Shown here in pieces: positions 1 to 9,408 of a stretch of 47,731 bases of DNA. Made by a program: the position numbers and the translations under genes. The notes beneath the pieces are model-generated. The model saw only the letters and a list, made by a program, of their open reading frames with translations. It made no database searches and had not been told where the DNA came from. Source of the DNA: a virus. Its lineage: Duplodnaviria > Caudoviricetes. Every line of letters begins with the position of its first letter. Positions within the stretch are counted from its first letter, which is position 1. The stretch is taken from IMG/VR virus record IMGVR_UViG_3300036786_000087, positions 1 through 47,731 of that record, one strand, 5' to 3'.

Positions 1-127
1 CGCTGCCGTCGGCCGTCAGGCCGACGATCCGCGCGGCGACGCTCTCGCCGCCGCGGTTGAACAGCGCCCAGGCGCCGACCTGGGGGAATGGTGCGGGTAT
101 GTTGAGCAAGTTTGCCTCCCGTGTGAA
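1..127 (+). repeat. Terminal overlap identical to 47605-47731 (circular assembly overlap)
   Basis: Exact 127-nt identity; it cuts through the 47276..47713 gene; 127 is a common assembler k-mer size. Confidence 0.95.
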
Positions 128-136
128 CGGGTGGCA

Positions 137-178
137 TCGCTACGCTACGAATTATAGCGCGTCAATATGTTTTGTAGC
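137..178 (-). promoter_or_regulatory. PL-like promoter of the leftward early operon with overlapping repressor operators
   Basis: Minus strand TTGACG(165-160)-N17-TAGCGA(142-137); operator GCTAC-N5-ATAGC at 144-158 and half-site GTAGC at 174-178, the same motif as between cI and cro. Confidence 0.7.
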
Positions 179-211
179 GTCCTAGTCGGATTGGGACTGC
201 TATCGCGGCGA

Positions 212-571
212 TCAAAAGGCCCGCTTCGGCGCCTCCTGCACAACGCACGAGCCGTGATCAGTAATTGGCGTCATACTAGGGCTGACGAGCGTCCGGGTGA
301 AGCTTAGATCGGTGCGACTGATGGTGTAGCCTATGGTCAGGAACTGCGACGGCACGTCGAACCGCACAGTCGTCGGCGAGAAAACGGCTGGTCGCCGCTC
401 GGAATGCCCCGTCTCCACCACCTCGAAAGTCGCGGTCTGGTTGGCCTCGTCGGCCGTGACGTTGATGTGTGTCGTCTTGCCTTCCTTCGAGACGACGGAA
501 CAGCTCAAGTAGGTCGGCGCTGCAGACGCGCCGCTCTCGACGAACAGAAGAATTAGGGTCAGCCAGCGCAT
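212..571 (-). CDS. Secreted/periplasmic 119-aa protein downstream of cI; candidate superinfection exclusion or lysogenic conversion factor
   Basis: ATG at 571 with GGAAGG RBS; signal peptide MRWLTLILLFVESGASA; two Cys; beta-rich. Confidence 0.75.
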   Translation of the reverse strand: MRWLTLILLFVESGASAAPTYLSCSVVSKEGKTTHINVTADEANQTATFEVVETGHSERRPAVFSPTTVRFDVPSQFLTIGYTISRTDLSFTRTLVSPSMTPITDHGSCVVQEAPKRAF

Positions 572-588
572 CGTCGTACCTTCCACTG

Positions 589-1293
589 CTAAAGGGCGCG
601 TGAAGCCCATACGACCCTGCCGACGATATAGACCTCGTCCTCGCTGGCTTCCAGCGGCGGAACGGCAGGATTGTCCGAGAGGATCATGTAACGGCCGCCG
701 GTGAGGCGCCGCACCCGTTTGATCATGCCGGCCCCGGCATAGGCGAGGGCCCATATCTGGTCCTGCTGCGCGACGCGCTGCTGGGAGGCGTCGATCATGA
801 CGATCTCCTCGCGCCGCAGCGTCGGCTCCATGCTGTCGCCATGCCCTGTCGCGAGAAACAAGCTCTCGATCGGGCCGCGCGTGAAGCGCCGAAGGAACGC
901 CCGGTTGAAGGGCACGAAACCGACCTCCGGATAGTCCTCGATCACGCTGCCGTCGCCCATCGCGTAGCTGATGTCGACTTCGCGCACGAGTTCGATATCG
1001 TAGCGCTCGCTGAGCAGCTTCGGGGTTCCGAACTCGCCCGGCTGGGGCGGCTCCGGTGGATCGGTATCGGGCAGCGCGCCCCCGCCGATCAGCCATTCCG
1101 CCGGCACGTTGAGCGCCCTGCCGAATCGAGCCGCGTGCTTGGCGTAGCCGTTCTGGTCGTTCTCATAGGCGCGATAGGTGACCTCCGGCATCTTCATCGC
1201 CTGGGCGAACTCGCCCGCGCTGGAATAGCCTGCGCGGCGGCGCGCCCATTTGAGGCGGTGGCCCGCGCGGTCGAGGTCGAGATCCTGTGGCAT
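589..1293 (-). CDS. cI: CI-like repressor (XRE HTH + S24 peptidase)
   Basis: N-terminal HTH (RLKWARRRAG..EFAQAM..TYRAYE); catalytic GDSMEP and IKRV; C-terminal IVGRVVW; start probably MPQD at 1293. Confidence 0.93.
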   Translation of the reverse strand: MPQDLDLDRAGHRLKWARRRAGYSSAGEFAQAMKMPEVTYRAYENDQNGYAKHAARFGRALNVPAEWLIGGGALPDTDPPEPPQPGEFGTPKLLSERYDIELVREVDISYAMGDGSVIEDYPEVGFVPFNRAFLRRFTRGPIESLFLATGHGDSMEPTLRREEIVMIDASQQRVAQQDQIWALAYAGAGMIKRVRRLTGGRYMILSDNPAVPPLEASEDEVYIVGRVVWASRAL

Positions 1294-1302
1294 CGCCGCA
1301 GC

Positions 1303-1359
1303 GTGACATAATGTAGCGATACAAATCATATTGCTATGTTCCGCTACGTTTGGTAGCAC
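1303..1359 (+). promoter_or_regulatory. OR operators and PR promoter
   Basis: Perfect GCTAC-N5-GTAGC at 1343-1357, variant GTGAC-N5-GTAGC at 1303-1317; TTGCTA(1331)-N17-TAGCAC(1354) ending 8 nt before the cro ATG (probably leaderless). Confidence 0.75.
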
Positions 1360-1367
1360 TCGCGGCC

Positions 1368-1820
1368 ATGGACCACGGAAAGCTCATTCGCGAGGATATC
1401 GGCGGCGCCGCCAAACTGGCCGCCGCCCTTCGCGCCCGCGGCGTCGCCGTCGAAGACGTCACAGTCCGCAGCTGGACGCTGGAGGGTCGCAGGATACCGC
1501 CCGGCTATTGGGTTCATGTCGTCGCCATCGCCGCCGCACTCGGCGTGGCCTGCACGCTCGAAGACCTGGCCCGCTCCGTCGCGATCCCCGGCCATGGGCC
1601 CGAGCTTCCGCTGTCGTCTCCCGTCCCATCCGAAACGTCTACCCCGGCGTGGCTGACCGGGTCAGCCGATAACGGAGCCGAAATAATCGGCGAAGGGGAG
1701 GCTGACAGCCCGCGCCCTTTTGTGCCCCCTTCATCGCCGACCTGTTCGCCGACGAGCGCGCCCCCGCCGTCGTCAGCGGCCAGCCCGGCCTCTTCGATGC
1801 CTGGGGTTGAGGCGGCATGA
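1368..1820 (+). CDS. cro: Cro-like HTH protein with low-complexity C-terminal tail
   Basis: Divergent from cI; IGGAAKLAAAL..VTVRSW..RRIP..YW Cro-type pattern. Confidence 0.75.
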   Translation: MDHGKLIREDIGGAAKLAAALRARGVAVEDVTVRSWTLEGRRIPPGYWVHVVAIAAALGVACTLEDLARSVAIPGHGPELPLSSPVPSETSTPAWLTGSADNGAEIIGEGEADSPRPFVPPSSPTCSPTSAPPPSSAASPASSMPGVEAA

Positions 1821-2032
1821 GCCGGCGTTCCTCGCCCTCCTTCGCCATCGGCGGCGTCGTGCGTCCGAGCGGCCGCTTTCTCGTCGGCGAGATAAGTTGC
1901 GCGTTCGTTGTCTGTCCCGCCGATCCGGCGGTGATGGACGCCATAGCACGCGCGTCGACCAAGGACGTCTGTATCATCGTCCGGGAGGACGCGCGCCGCG
2001 ACGGCCGCGATCGGCGGCGGCCGCTCCCGTGA
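1817..2032 (+). CDS. Hypothetical protein
   Basis: ATGA/GTGA translational coupling on both sides. Confidence 0.5.
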   Translation: MSRRSSPSFAIGGVVRPSGRFLVGEISCAFVVCPADPAVMDAIARASTKDVCIIVREDARRDGRDRRRPLP

Positions 2033-2523
2033 GCGACCGCACCCTCATCGTGCCCCCGGAGCTCCAGGCCGGCAAGGCGGCGGCCAAGGCTCTGATCCGC
2101 GCTTTCGGCGGCCAGATCGCGGCGGCGGCGGAGCTGGGCAAGAGCCAGTCGCGCATGTGCGATTACGGATCGCCGCATACCGGCGACTTCATGCCGATCA
2201 GCGACGTGCTGACGCTCGAGGGCCGCACCCATGGCCAGCCCGGCCACCCGCATGTCACCCGCTGGCTGGCGCGCCAGGCGGGTTACGGCCTCGTCCGCCT
2301 GCCCGATCCCGACGCGCCGGAGACGGTCTGGAGCGCCCTGATCGCCCGTCTCGCCCGCGAATATGGCGAGCTTGCCGGCGGCGTCCTCGACGATCTTTCC
2401 AGCGGCAACGACGTCGCGCCCGCCGAGGCGCGGCGGCGGCTGGCCGACGCGGCCGATCTCGTCCGCGTCGCCGTCGAGCTGGAAGGCGCGCTCAAGATCA
2501 GATCGCAGGAAAGGGCCGGCTGA
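2029..2523 (+). CDS. CII-like phage regulatory protein
   Basis: GTG start overlapping the previous stop; AKALIRAFGGQIAAA..FMPISDVLTLE..P.VTRWLARQAGY pattern; position after cro. Confidence 0.75.
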   Translation: MSDRTLIVPPELQAGKAAAKALIRAFGGQIAAAAELGKSQSRMCDYGSPHTGDFMPISDVLTLEGRTHGQPGHPHVTRWLARQAGYGLVRLPDPDAPETVWSALIARLAREYGELAGGVLDDLSSGNDVAPAEARRRLADAADLVRVAVELEGALKIRSQERAG

Positions 2524-3104
2524 TGCACCCGGGGGGGGATTTCGGCATCCATGTGACGATCGAGCCCCCGGAGGTGTTGGTGGCGGGCGCGTCGATCTTC
2601 GTCGCCTCCCCGGTGCAGATCGTCGATTGGGTGCGGCGCGCGGGTTCGGGCGAGCGCTGCATCTACGCCCGGGTCGCGCGGCTCGACCGCGGGATCGAAG
2701 GCGCGGTTTTGGCCCGCAAGCTCGCCGGGGAGGGCGTGATCGCGCTTTGTCCGCAAAGCCGCCATGCCGCCGGCAGCCCTTTGTTCGACTATATCGCGCG
2801 GCGCACCGGCCTCCCGGTCCGCGGCGACGCGCCGCCGCCGCCGGACGAGGAGACGCTGACGCCCGAAGCGCGGCGTGTGCTCGACCATATCGCCCGCCAG
2901 GCCGACCAGGGCGCGCCGGCGTCGACCAATCGCGGCATCGCCCGCGCCTGCGGCCTGCGCGACGACCAGGCGGCCCGCTACCAGCTCCGCCGCCTGCGCG
3001 ATCTCGGCGCGATCATCGTCAAGCCGGTACCCGTCGAGCCGGGGCGGCAGATCACCATCGTCGAGACCGGCGCCCGGACGGGCCTGATCGGGAGGGGATC
3101 ATGA
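2523..3104 (+). CDS. Protein with C-terminal LexA-like winged HTH
   Basis: LTPEARRVLDHI..STNRGIARACGL..ARYQLRRLRDLGAI. Confidence 0.7.
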   Translation: MHPGGDFGIHVTIEPPEVLVAGASIFVASPVQIVDWVRRAGSGERCIYARVARLDRGIEGAVLARKLAGEGVIALCPQSRHAAGSPLFDYIARRTGLPVRGDAPPPPDEETLTPEARRVLDHIARQADQGAPASTNRGIARACGLRDDQAARYQLRRLRDLGAIIVKPVPVEPGRQITIVETGARTGLIGRGS

Positions 3105-3373
3105 TCGGACGGCTCGACTGGTTTCTTGGGGGCGCGGCTCCGGTCGGCGCGCCGCCCATGGCGCGGATCCTCGATGTCGTCGGCGCTGCGCCGCGCCACG
3201 CGCTCGGCGGCGATCATCTGATCACCGTGCAGCGGGCGGTGGCGCAGAGCTATCGCCGCGAGGGCTACGAATTGTCGGCGCGCCGCGTGGAGAATGGCGA
3301 CGCGGACAATTGGCCGCGCATGAAGGGCGGCCTCGCCGCGGCCGAGGCGATCCTGCGCGGGATGTTCGAATGA
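3101..3373 (+). CDS. Hypothetical protein
   Basis: GGAGG RBS, ATGA coupling. Confidence 0.6.
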   Translation: MIGRLDWFLGGAAPVGAPPMARILDVVGAAPRHALGGDHLITVQRAVAQSYRREGYELSARRVENGDADNWPRMKGGLAAAEAILRGMFE

Positions 3374-3576
3374 GCCCGTCCTGGCCCGAGGCGTTCATCG
3401 CACGGCGGGACGCGGCGCGGCGCTTCCTCGCCGGCTGCGGCGCGGAGCCGTTCCTGCTCAACCGCGACGCCACGCGGGCGGTGCCGAACGTGTGGACGGT
3501 GCCCGGATGGAACGGGACGTTCCACGACCACGATCTGATCGTCTGTGCTGAGCGGATGGGGATGGCGCGTGGCTGA
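3370..3576 (+). CDS. Hypothetical protein
   Basis: ATGA coupling within the operon. Confidence 0.6.
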   Translation: MSPSWPEAFIARRDAARRFLAGCGAEPFLLNRDATRAVPNVWTVPGWNGTFHDHDLIVCAERMGMARG

Positions 3577-4606
3577 CCGGTCCGCCATCGAATGGACAGA
3601 CGCGACGTGGAACCCGATCCGGGCCTTGTACGCCACGCCCGACGGGCCGAAGACCGGCTGGCATTGCGAGCATGTCAGCGAGGGCTGCCGCAATTGCTAT
3701 GCGGAAGGCTTGAACCGGTGGGTCGGCACCGGCTTCGACTACAAGCCCGGCCATCTGGCGCGGCCGCTGGCACCGTTTCCGGGCGCCGCGCCGCGCGGCG
3801 ACGTGTCGCTCTTCCTCGACGAAAAGATGCTGCTCGCACCGCTGAAGTGGAGGGAGCCGCGCAGGATCTTCGTCGGCTCCATGACCGATCTCTTCGCGGA
3901 CTTCGTGATCGACGCGTGGCTGGACCGGATGTTCGCCGTCATGGCGCTCTGCCCGCAGCACGTCTTCCAGGTGCTGACCAAGCGGCCGGAGCGGATGCGG
4001 CGCTGGTTTGATCGCTACGACGCCGCGCACGATCACAATCGCGCCGACATGGTCGCCGATCGAGTCGCCGCACTTCTCGGCCGTGAAGGAGCGGCAGGAG
4101 CTGCCCGCGTGGACGAAAGATGGCGCGGCTGGCCGCTCCCCAACGTCTGGCTCGGCACGTCGACCGAGAACCGTGCCGCCCTGCTCGACCGGGCGGGCCA
4201 CTTGCGCAAGACGCCGGCGGCGGTGCGCTTCTTCTCGTGCGAGCCGCTGCTCGGCGATCTCGGCGACGTCGTGCTGAGCGATATCGACTGGGTCATCTGC
4301 GGCGGCGAGAGCGGGCCCCACGCGCGTCCGATGCACCCCGATTGGGCGCGCAGCCTGCGCGATCAGTGCGCCGCGGCCGGAGTGCCGTTCTTCTTCAAGC
4401 AATGGGGAGAATGGGCGCCTGGCGAGAACGCGCTCGACGATCGGCGATATCGCACCGTCCATGAGTGGGACGGAGGGTGGATCGACTGCGCCGACGATTG
4501 GAGCGTCGAGAAGGATCACGGGCCACTCCTCTACCGCATCGGCAAGCGCGCCGCAGGCCGGCACCTAGACGGGGTGCTGCACGACGGGATGCCGGTACAT
4601 GGCTGA
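3569..4606 (+). CDS. Phage Gp37Gp68 / DUF5131 family three-Cys protein
   Basis: SAIEWTDATWNP, CEHVSEGCRNCYA, FVGSMTDLF, LTKRPER, WVICGGESG, FFFKQWG. Confidence 0.92.
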   Translation: MADRSAIEWTDATWNPIRALYATPDGPKTGWHCEHVSEGCRNCYAEGLNRWVGTGFDYKPGHLARPLAPFPGAAPRGDVSLFLDEKMLLAPLKWREPRRIFVGSMTDLFADFVIDAWLDRMFAVMALCPQHVFQVLTKRPERMRRWFDRYDAAHDHNRADMVADRVAALLGREGAAGAARVDERWRGWPLPNVWLGTSTENRAALLDRAGHLRKTPAAVRFFSCEPLLGDLGDVVLSDIDWVICGGESGPHARPMHPDWARSLRDQCAAAGVPFFFKQWGEWAPGENALDDRRYRTVHEWDGGWIDCADDWSVEKDHGPLLYRIGKRAAGRHLDGVLHDGMPVHG

Positions 4607-4877
4607 GCGCTGCCCTATACCGGACGCCGAGGGCTTCTATTGGGCGAAGTGGCGGATTGCCGCGAGCGGCACCGACGCCTGCCGGAAGTGCGGCCATGAA
4701 AGCTCCTCATGGGAGCGCGACGGGCCGGAAGGAAAATGGGAGGTCGTCGAGGTCGTCGAGAACAGCTCCGATCCTGACGATGACGAGCATTTCATGGTCC
4801 AGGTGCCGGGCGTCTCGCGCTGGCAGTCGATCGAGGATTTCTTCTGGGGGCCAGGACCGCTGGCGGTGCCGGCATGA
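4599..4877 (+). CDS. Hypothetical protein
   Basis: Coupled ORF; EGFYWAKW..WEVVEV..FFWGP phage-type pattern. Confidence 0.65.
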   Translation: MAERCPIPDAEGFYWAKWRIAASGTDACRKCGHESSSWERDGPEGKWEVVEVVENSSDPDDDEHFMVQVPGVSRWQSIEDFFWGPGPLAVPA

Positions 4878-5353
4878 AGGCGCTGTCCCTCTGGCAGCCA
4901 TGGGCGTCGGCGATCTGGTTCGGCTGGAAGCGGATCGAGACGCGCGGCTGGTCGACCGACTATCGCGGGCCGCTGGCGATCCATGCCGCGAAGCGGTGGA
5001 CGGCCGAGGAGCGCGCGTTCTGGGCAGATGCCTGCGAGGAAGAGTGCTTCGACCCGGCCGGCTACGAGATGCCGCTCGGGGCCGTGATCTGCACCGTCTG
5101 CCTGGTGGACGTGCGCCCCACATCCGAGCTTCGCGGCCTGATTTCCGCGCAGGAAGAGCGTTGGGGTAATTACTCCACGCGCGACGCCGAAACGGGCCGG
5201 CTCCGCCATGGCCTCCTCTTCGAAGGCCTGCAGCGCCTGCCGCAGCCGGTGCCGTTCAAGGGCATGCAGGGCTTCTTCGACGTGCCCGACAGCCTGTTGC
5301 GGATGCCGCTGGCCGATCCGCCGCCGGCACGGATCGGGGATCGGCTGTTGTGA
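4874..5353 (+). CDS. ASCH domain protein
   Basis: MKALSLWQPWASAI..GWKRIETRGWSTDYRGPLAIHAAK; KGMQGFF. Confidence 0.9.
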   Translation: MKALSLWQPWASAIWFGWKRIETRGWSTDYRGPLAIHAAKRWTAEERAFWADACEEECFDPAGYEMPLGAVICTVCLVDVRPTSELRGLISAQEERWGNYSTRDAETGRLRHGLLFEGLQRLPQPVPFKGMQGFFDVPDSLLRMPLADPPPARIGDRLL

Positions 5354-8064
5354 GGCACGTCTCCGCCCTCGCCATGGCGTCGGCCGAGGTCGCGGCCGAG
5401 CAGCTGCCTTACCTCGACTTCGTGCGGGCGAAGAAGGCGGTGGCGCGCGACGTCGGCCTGACGATCCAGCCCGGCACGATCCACGAGGCGCTCAAGCCGA
5501 TGTCGCGCGATATCGTGGCATGGGCCATCGGTGGCGGCCGGCGGGCGATCTTCGCCAGCTTCGGCCTGCACAAGACGATCGCCCAGCTCGAGCTGCAGCG
5601 CCTGGTGCGCGAAGCGCTGGGCGGGTTCCAGCTCCAGATCGCACCGCTCAACGTCATTCTGGAAGGCACGTTCGACGAGGATGCCGCGCGGCTGGGTGTC
5701 GATATGTGCTTCGTCCAGAGCGACGCCGACATCGACAGGGCCACGGCGCGCGGATTCGTCGGCCAGTTCATCACCAATTACGAGAGCGTGCGCGAAGGCA
5801 AGATCGGCGCCGAACGCTTCAATGCCGTCTCGCTCGACGAAGCGGACTGCCTGCGCGGCATGGGCGGTACCAAGACGTTCCGTGAGTTCATGCAACTCTT
5901 TCCGGCGACCCCTTTCAAATGGGTCGCCTCGGCCACGCCGAGCCCCAACGAATATGTCGAGCTGCTGGCCTATGCCGCCTTCCTCGGCGTCATGGACATC
6001 GCCCAGGCGAAGACCCGGTTCTTCCGCCGCAACAGTGAGCAGGCCGATGAGCTGACGCTGCACCCGCACAAGGAAGCCGAATTCTGGGCCTGGGTGAACA
6101 GCTGGGCGTGCTTCGTGCAGCGGCCTTCCGATCTCGGCTATAGCGACGAAGGTTATGAGCTGCCGCCCGCGGACATCTTCTGGCACGAGGTGCCGAGCGA
6201 TCATTCCGAAGCCGGTCTGGACGGGCGCCAGCATCTCCTCCTGAAGAAGGACGCGATCGGGATCGTCGAGGCCTCGCGCGAGAAGCGCGACAGCATCGAC
6301 GCGCGCTTGGCCAAGATGATGGAGTTGCGGGCGATGGATCCCGATGCGCACCGCATCATCTGGCTGGACCTCGAGCGCGAGCGCCATGCCGTCGAGGCCG
6401 CGATTCCAGGTGTGGCGTCGGTATGGGGGTCTCAGCCGCTCGACGATCGCGCGAAGACCTTCCGCCGCTTCAAGTCGGGCGAGGCGCGCGAGTTGGCGAC
6501 CAAGCCGGTCATCGCCGGCGCCGGCGGCAATTTCGCGAAGCATTGCTGGTGGGAGATTTTCCTCGGCATCGGCTTCAAGTTCCGCGACCTGATCCAGGCC
6601 ATCCATCGGGTTCAGCGCTTCGGCCAGACCCATAAGGTGCGGATCGACCTGATCTATACCGAGGCGGAGTGGGCGATCCGCGCCGAGGTGGAGCGCAAAT
6701 GGCGCGACTATATCCGCACCTGCGAGCGGATGAGCGAGATCATCCGCACCCACGGCCTGGGCCTCAAGAGCGCGGTCGAGGCCATGGAGCGCACCGTCGA
6801 GACCGGCGAGGCGGACGAGCGCGAGTCGGGCCCGGCGTGGGAGGTGTGGCGCGGCGACACTATCCTGCGCACCACCAGGATGGCGAGCGACAGCGTCGGG
6901 CTCATCACCATGTCGATCCCGTTCTCGACCCAGTTCGAATATACACCCTCCTATAACGACCTCGGCCATACGTCGGGCCTCGCCGAATTCTTCGCCCAGA
7001 TGGACTATCTGACGCCCGAGCTGCTGCGCGTGCTGCAGCCCGGGCGGCGGATGGCCGTCCACGTCAAGGACCGAGTCGTCGACAGCGCGGGATCCGGGCT
7101 CGGCTTCCGAACGATCGAGCCGTTCCACGCCCAGTGCATCGAGCATTACCGCAGCCACGGCTTCGCCTATCTCGGCATGGTCACGATCGTCACCGACGTC
7201 GTGCGGGAGAATGCCGGCACCTATCGGCTGGGCTGGACGCAGCAATGCATCGACGCCAGCGGGATGGGCGTCGGCCTGCCCGAATATCTCCTCCTTTTCC
7301 GCAAGGCGCCGACGGACCGCTCGAACGGATATGCCGACGTCCCCGTCGCCAAGGCGCAGCCGAAGCTTCGCCTCGCCGATACGGGCGAGATCGTCGATTG
7401 GGATAAGAAGCTGTTCGATGCGAAGAAAGGGCGGCCGGTCGAAGGCAGCGGCTATTCGCGCGCGCGCTGGCAGACCGATGCGGCCGGCTATTGGCGCAGC
7501 TCCGGCGACCGGACCATGACCGCGGAAGACCTGGTCGGGCTGCCCTGGAAGAAGCTCTACCGGCGGTACCGTGGCTGGTCCTATGCGACGCTCTACGATC
7601 ACGAGCACCATGTCGCGCTGATGGAAGCGGTGGAAAGCCGCTGGTCGCTCCCACCCGATTTCGCGCTGATGCCTGTGCAGAGCTGGCATCCGGACGTCTG
7701 GACCGACGTCGCCAGGATGCGCGGCGCCAATACCGAGCAATCGCATCGGGCGCGCGAGCAGCATCTGTGCCCGCTGCCTTACGACATCGTCGACCGCGCG
7801 ATCCTCAATTGGTCGATGCCGGGCGAGCTGGTCTTCGATCCGTTCGGAGGCCTGATGACGGTGCCGCTGCGCGCCGTGAGGCACGGCCGGCGCGGCGCCG
7901 GCGTCGAGCTGAACCCCGGCTATTTCGCGGACGGCGTGCGGCTGCTGCGCGAGCAGGACAAGGGCAAGCCGATAACCAACCTGTTCGACCTGATCGCTGC
8001 CGAAGACTCGGCCGAAGATGATGAGGCGGACGATCTTCCCGAAGATATGGACGCGGCGGCGTGA
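5350..8064 (+). CDS. SNF2-like helicase fused to an amino (N4-C/N6-A) DNA methyltransferase
   Basis: Helicase motifs FGLHKT, LDEAD, SATPSPN, QAIHRVQRFGQ; MTase motifs MSIPF and VFDPFGGLMT (beta-class order). Confidence 0.9.
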   Translation: MRHVSALAMASAEVAAEQLPYLDFVRAKKAVARDVGLTIQPGTIHEALKPMSRDIVAWAIGGGRRAIFASFGLHKTIAQLELQRLVREALGGFQLQIAPLNVILEGTFDEDAARLGVDMCFVQSDADIDRATARGFVGQFITNYESVREGKIGAERFNAVSLDEADCLRGMGGTKTFREFMQLFPATPFKWVASATPSPNEYVELLAYAAFLGVMDIAQAKTRFFRRNSEQADELTLHPHKEAEFWAWVNSWACFVQRPSDLGYSDEGYELPPADIFWHEVPSDHSEAGLDGRQHLLLKKDAIGIVEASREKRDSIDARLAKMMELRAMDPDAHRIIWLDLERERHAVEAAIPGVASVWGSQPLDDRAKTFRRFKSGEARELATKPVIAGAGGNFAKHCWWEIFLGIGFKFRDLIQAIHRVQRFGQTHKVRIDLIYTEAEWAIRAEVERKWRDYIRTCERMSEIIRTHGLGLKSAVEAMERTVETGEADERESGPAWEVWRGDTILRTTRMASDSVGLITMSIPFSTQFEYTPSYNDLGHTSGLAEFFAQMDYLTPELLRVLQPGRRMAVHVKDRVVDSAGSGLGFRTIEPFHAQCIEHYRSHGFAYLGMVTIVTDVVRENAGTYRLGWTQQCIDASGMGVGLPEYLLLFRKAPTDRSNGYADVPVAKAQPKLRLADTGEIVDWDKKLFDAKKGRPVEGSGYSRARWQTDAAGYWRSSGDRTMTAEDLVGLPWKKLYRRYRGWSYATLYDHEHHVALMEAVESRWSLPPDFALMPVQSWHPDVWTDVARMRGANTEQSHRAREQHLCPLPYDIVDRAILNWSMPGELVFDPFGGLMTVPLRAVRHGRRGAGVELNPGYFADGVRLLREQDKGKPITNLFDLIAAEDSAEDDEADDLPEDMDAAA

Positions 8065-8273
8065 GCGCCTCGTCTCGCCTGATCGCCTTGCGCGCTTTGC
8101 GGGATTGCGGCGTCGTTCGTGCGTCGGTCGCCACAGGCGCCTTCGTCGCGCTCTACCATGGCGGCGACGCTGATCGTCGAACCGTGCGCGGCGACGTCGG
8201 TCTGGCCGACTACCGGCTGACCGATTTCGGCCGGCGCGAAGCCGAGCGCCTGCTGGGGGGGGGTATGCCATGA
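8061..8273 (+). CDS. Hypothetical protein
   Basis: GTGA/ATGA coupling. Confidence 0.55.
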   Translation: MSASSRLIALRALRDCGVVRASVATGAFVALYHGGDADRRTVRGDVGLADYRLTDFGRREAERLLGGGMP

Positions 8274-8545
8274 GCGCGCCTGTCGCCCTCATCCAGTTCG
8301 CCGCTTCGGGCCAGATAAGGCTTGCGCTAGCCGGCGCCGGGCCGATCCGCTTCATCGTCATCGACGAGGGCGCGCCGGGTGACAGGCTTTACGAGGTCTC
8401 CCATCGGCTGAGCGACGTGGAATTCGCGGCTTTGGTCCCGCCGGGCGCGCCGATCGGCGACGCTTCCGAACCCCGCCATGCCGCCCTCGCCGCGCGCGTC
8501 GAAGCCGCGTGCGAGGGTCGGCGCCATCTGAGGAGCGTGGAATGA
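8270..8545 (+). CDS. Hypothetical protein
   Basis: Coupled ORF. Confidence 0.6.
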   Translation: MSAPVALIQFAASGQIRLALAGAGPIRFIVIDEGAPGDRLYEVSHRLSDVEFAALVPPGAPIGDASEPRHAALAARVEAACEGRRHLRSVE

Positions 8546-8855
8546 TGGACGACGATCGAGCGGCTGTTGCCGTTACGAAGCCCTTCTCCATGCCATGCAG
8601 TCCGGCGTGGCGATGATGGAACAATTCGCGGCGAACGGCACGGCGCGCGCCGCCGAACTGGAGCCGAAGCACCTGCGCGTCGGCGTTAACAGCGCGATGA
8701 TCGAGGCCTCCAGCCTCGCACGTCTGCTGATCGAGAAGGGCATCTTCACCTGGGCTGAATATTGGGCCTCGATCATTGTCACGCTCGAGGCGGAAGTCCA
8801 CAGCTACGAGGAAAAAATCGAGAGCATCCTCGGCCGCAAGGTCACGCTCGCATGA
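8542..8855 (+). pseudogene. Phage protein (HAMQSGVA..KHLRVGVNSAM type) apparently frameshifted near 8570
   Basis: AGGAG RBS and coupled ATG at 8542 are in a different frame from the body RYEALLHAMQSGVAMM; one extra base near 8570 joins them. Confidence 0.6.
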
Positions 8856-9103
8856 GACGTCGTCCGCGCCCGCCGAACCTGTGCATCGCCAAAGGCTGCG
8901 GGCGGGAGATTCCGCGGTGGCAGCGGCTGTGCGACCCGTGCTTCCGGCGGCTGCCGTTCGACCGCCGGCGCGCGATCGCCGAGGCCGGGCAGGCGAAGGC
9001 GCCCCACATCGTCGCCAGGCTGACGGCAGAAGCCGCCGCCTGGCTCGCCGACCACACCCCCGCGGCCGAAGCCGCGCGGCGGATGGGGGAGGCGGCGGAG
9101 TGA
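8852..9103 (+). CDS. Small zinc-finger-like protein
   Basis: CIAKGC..LCDPC; ATGA coupling. Confidence 0.65.
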   Translation: MRRRPRPPNLCIAKGCGREIPRWQRLCDPCFRRLPFDRRRAIAEAGQAKAPHIVARLTAEAAAWLADHTPAAEAARRMGEAAE

Positions 9104-9408
9104 AGCCCTCGGAAGCCGAGCTTGTGATCGCTCCTATGATGCAGACCCTCACGGCGCCCTTCTTGGTGAAGAAGCCGGAGGCCGAGCTGGAGCCGCCGAA
9201 GATCGGCAAAAATGGCGGTATGAGCCTTGGCGCGCACCATGTCGAAGGCGTCGGCGCTGTCATGTCGATCGCGATCCACCACCCGGACGGCACGACATTG
9301 GTCGCGACCTTCGGCTGGGAAGGATATGCCGAATTCTGTCATTCGATGAACGCTTTGGGCGCGCGCATCAGCAGCGGCGAGTTCAAACGTCCGCCGGTGC
9401 CGCAATGA
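9100..9408 (+). CDS. Hypothetical protein
   Basis: GGAGG RBS, GTGA coupling. Confidence 0.6.
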   Translation: MKPSEAELVIAPMMQTLTAPFLVKKPEAELEPPKIGKNGGMSLGAHHVEGVGAVMSIAIHHPDGTTLVATFGWEGYAEFCHSMNALGARISSGEFKRPPVPQ

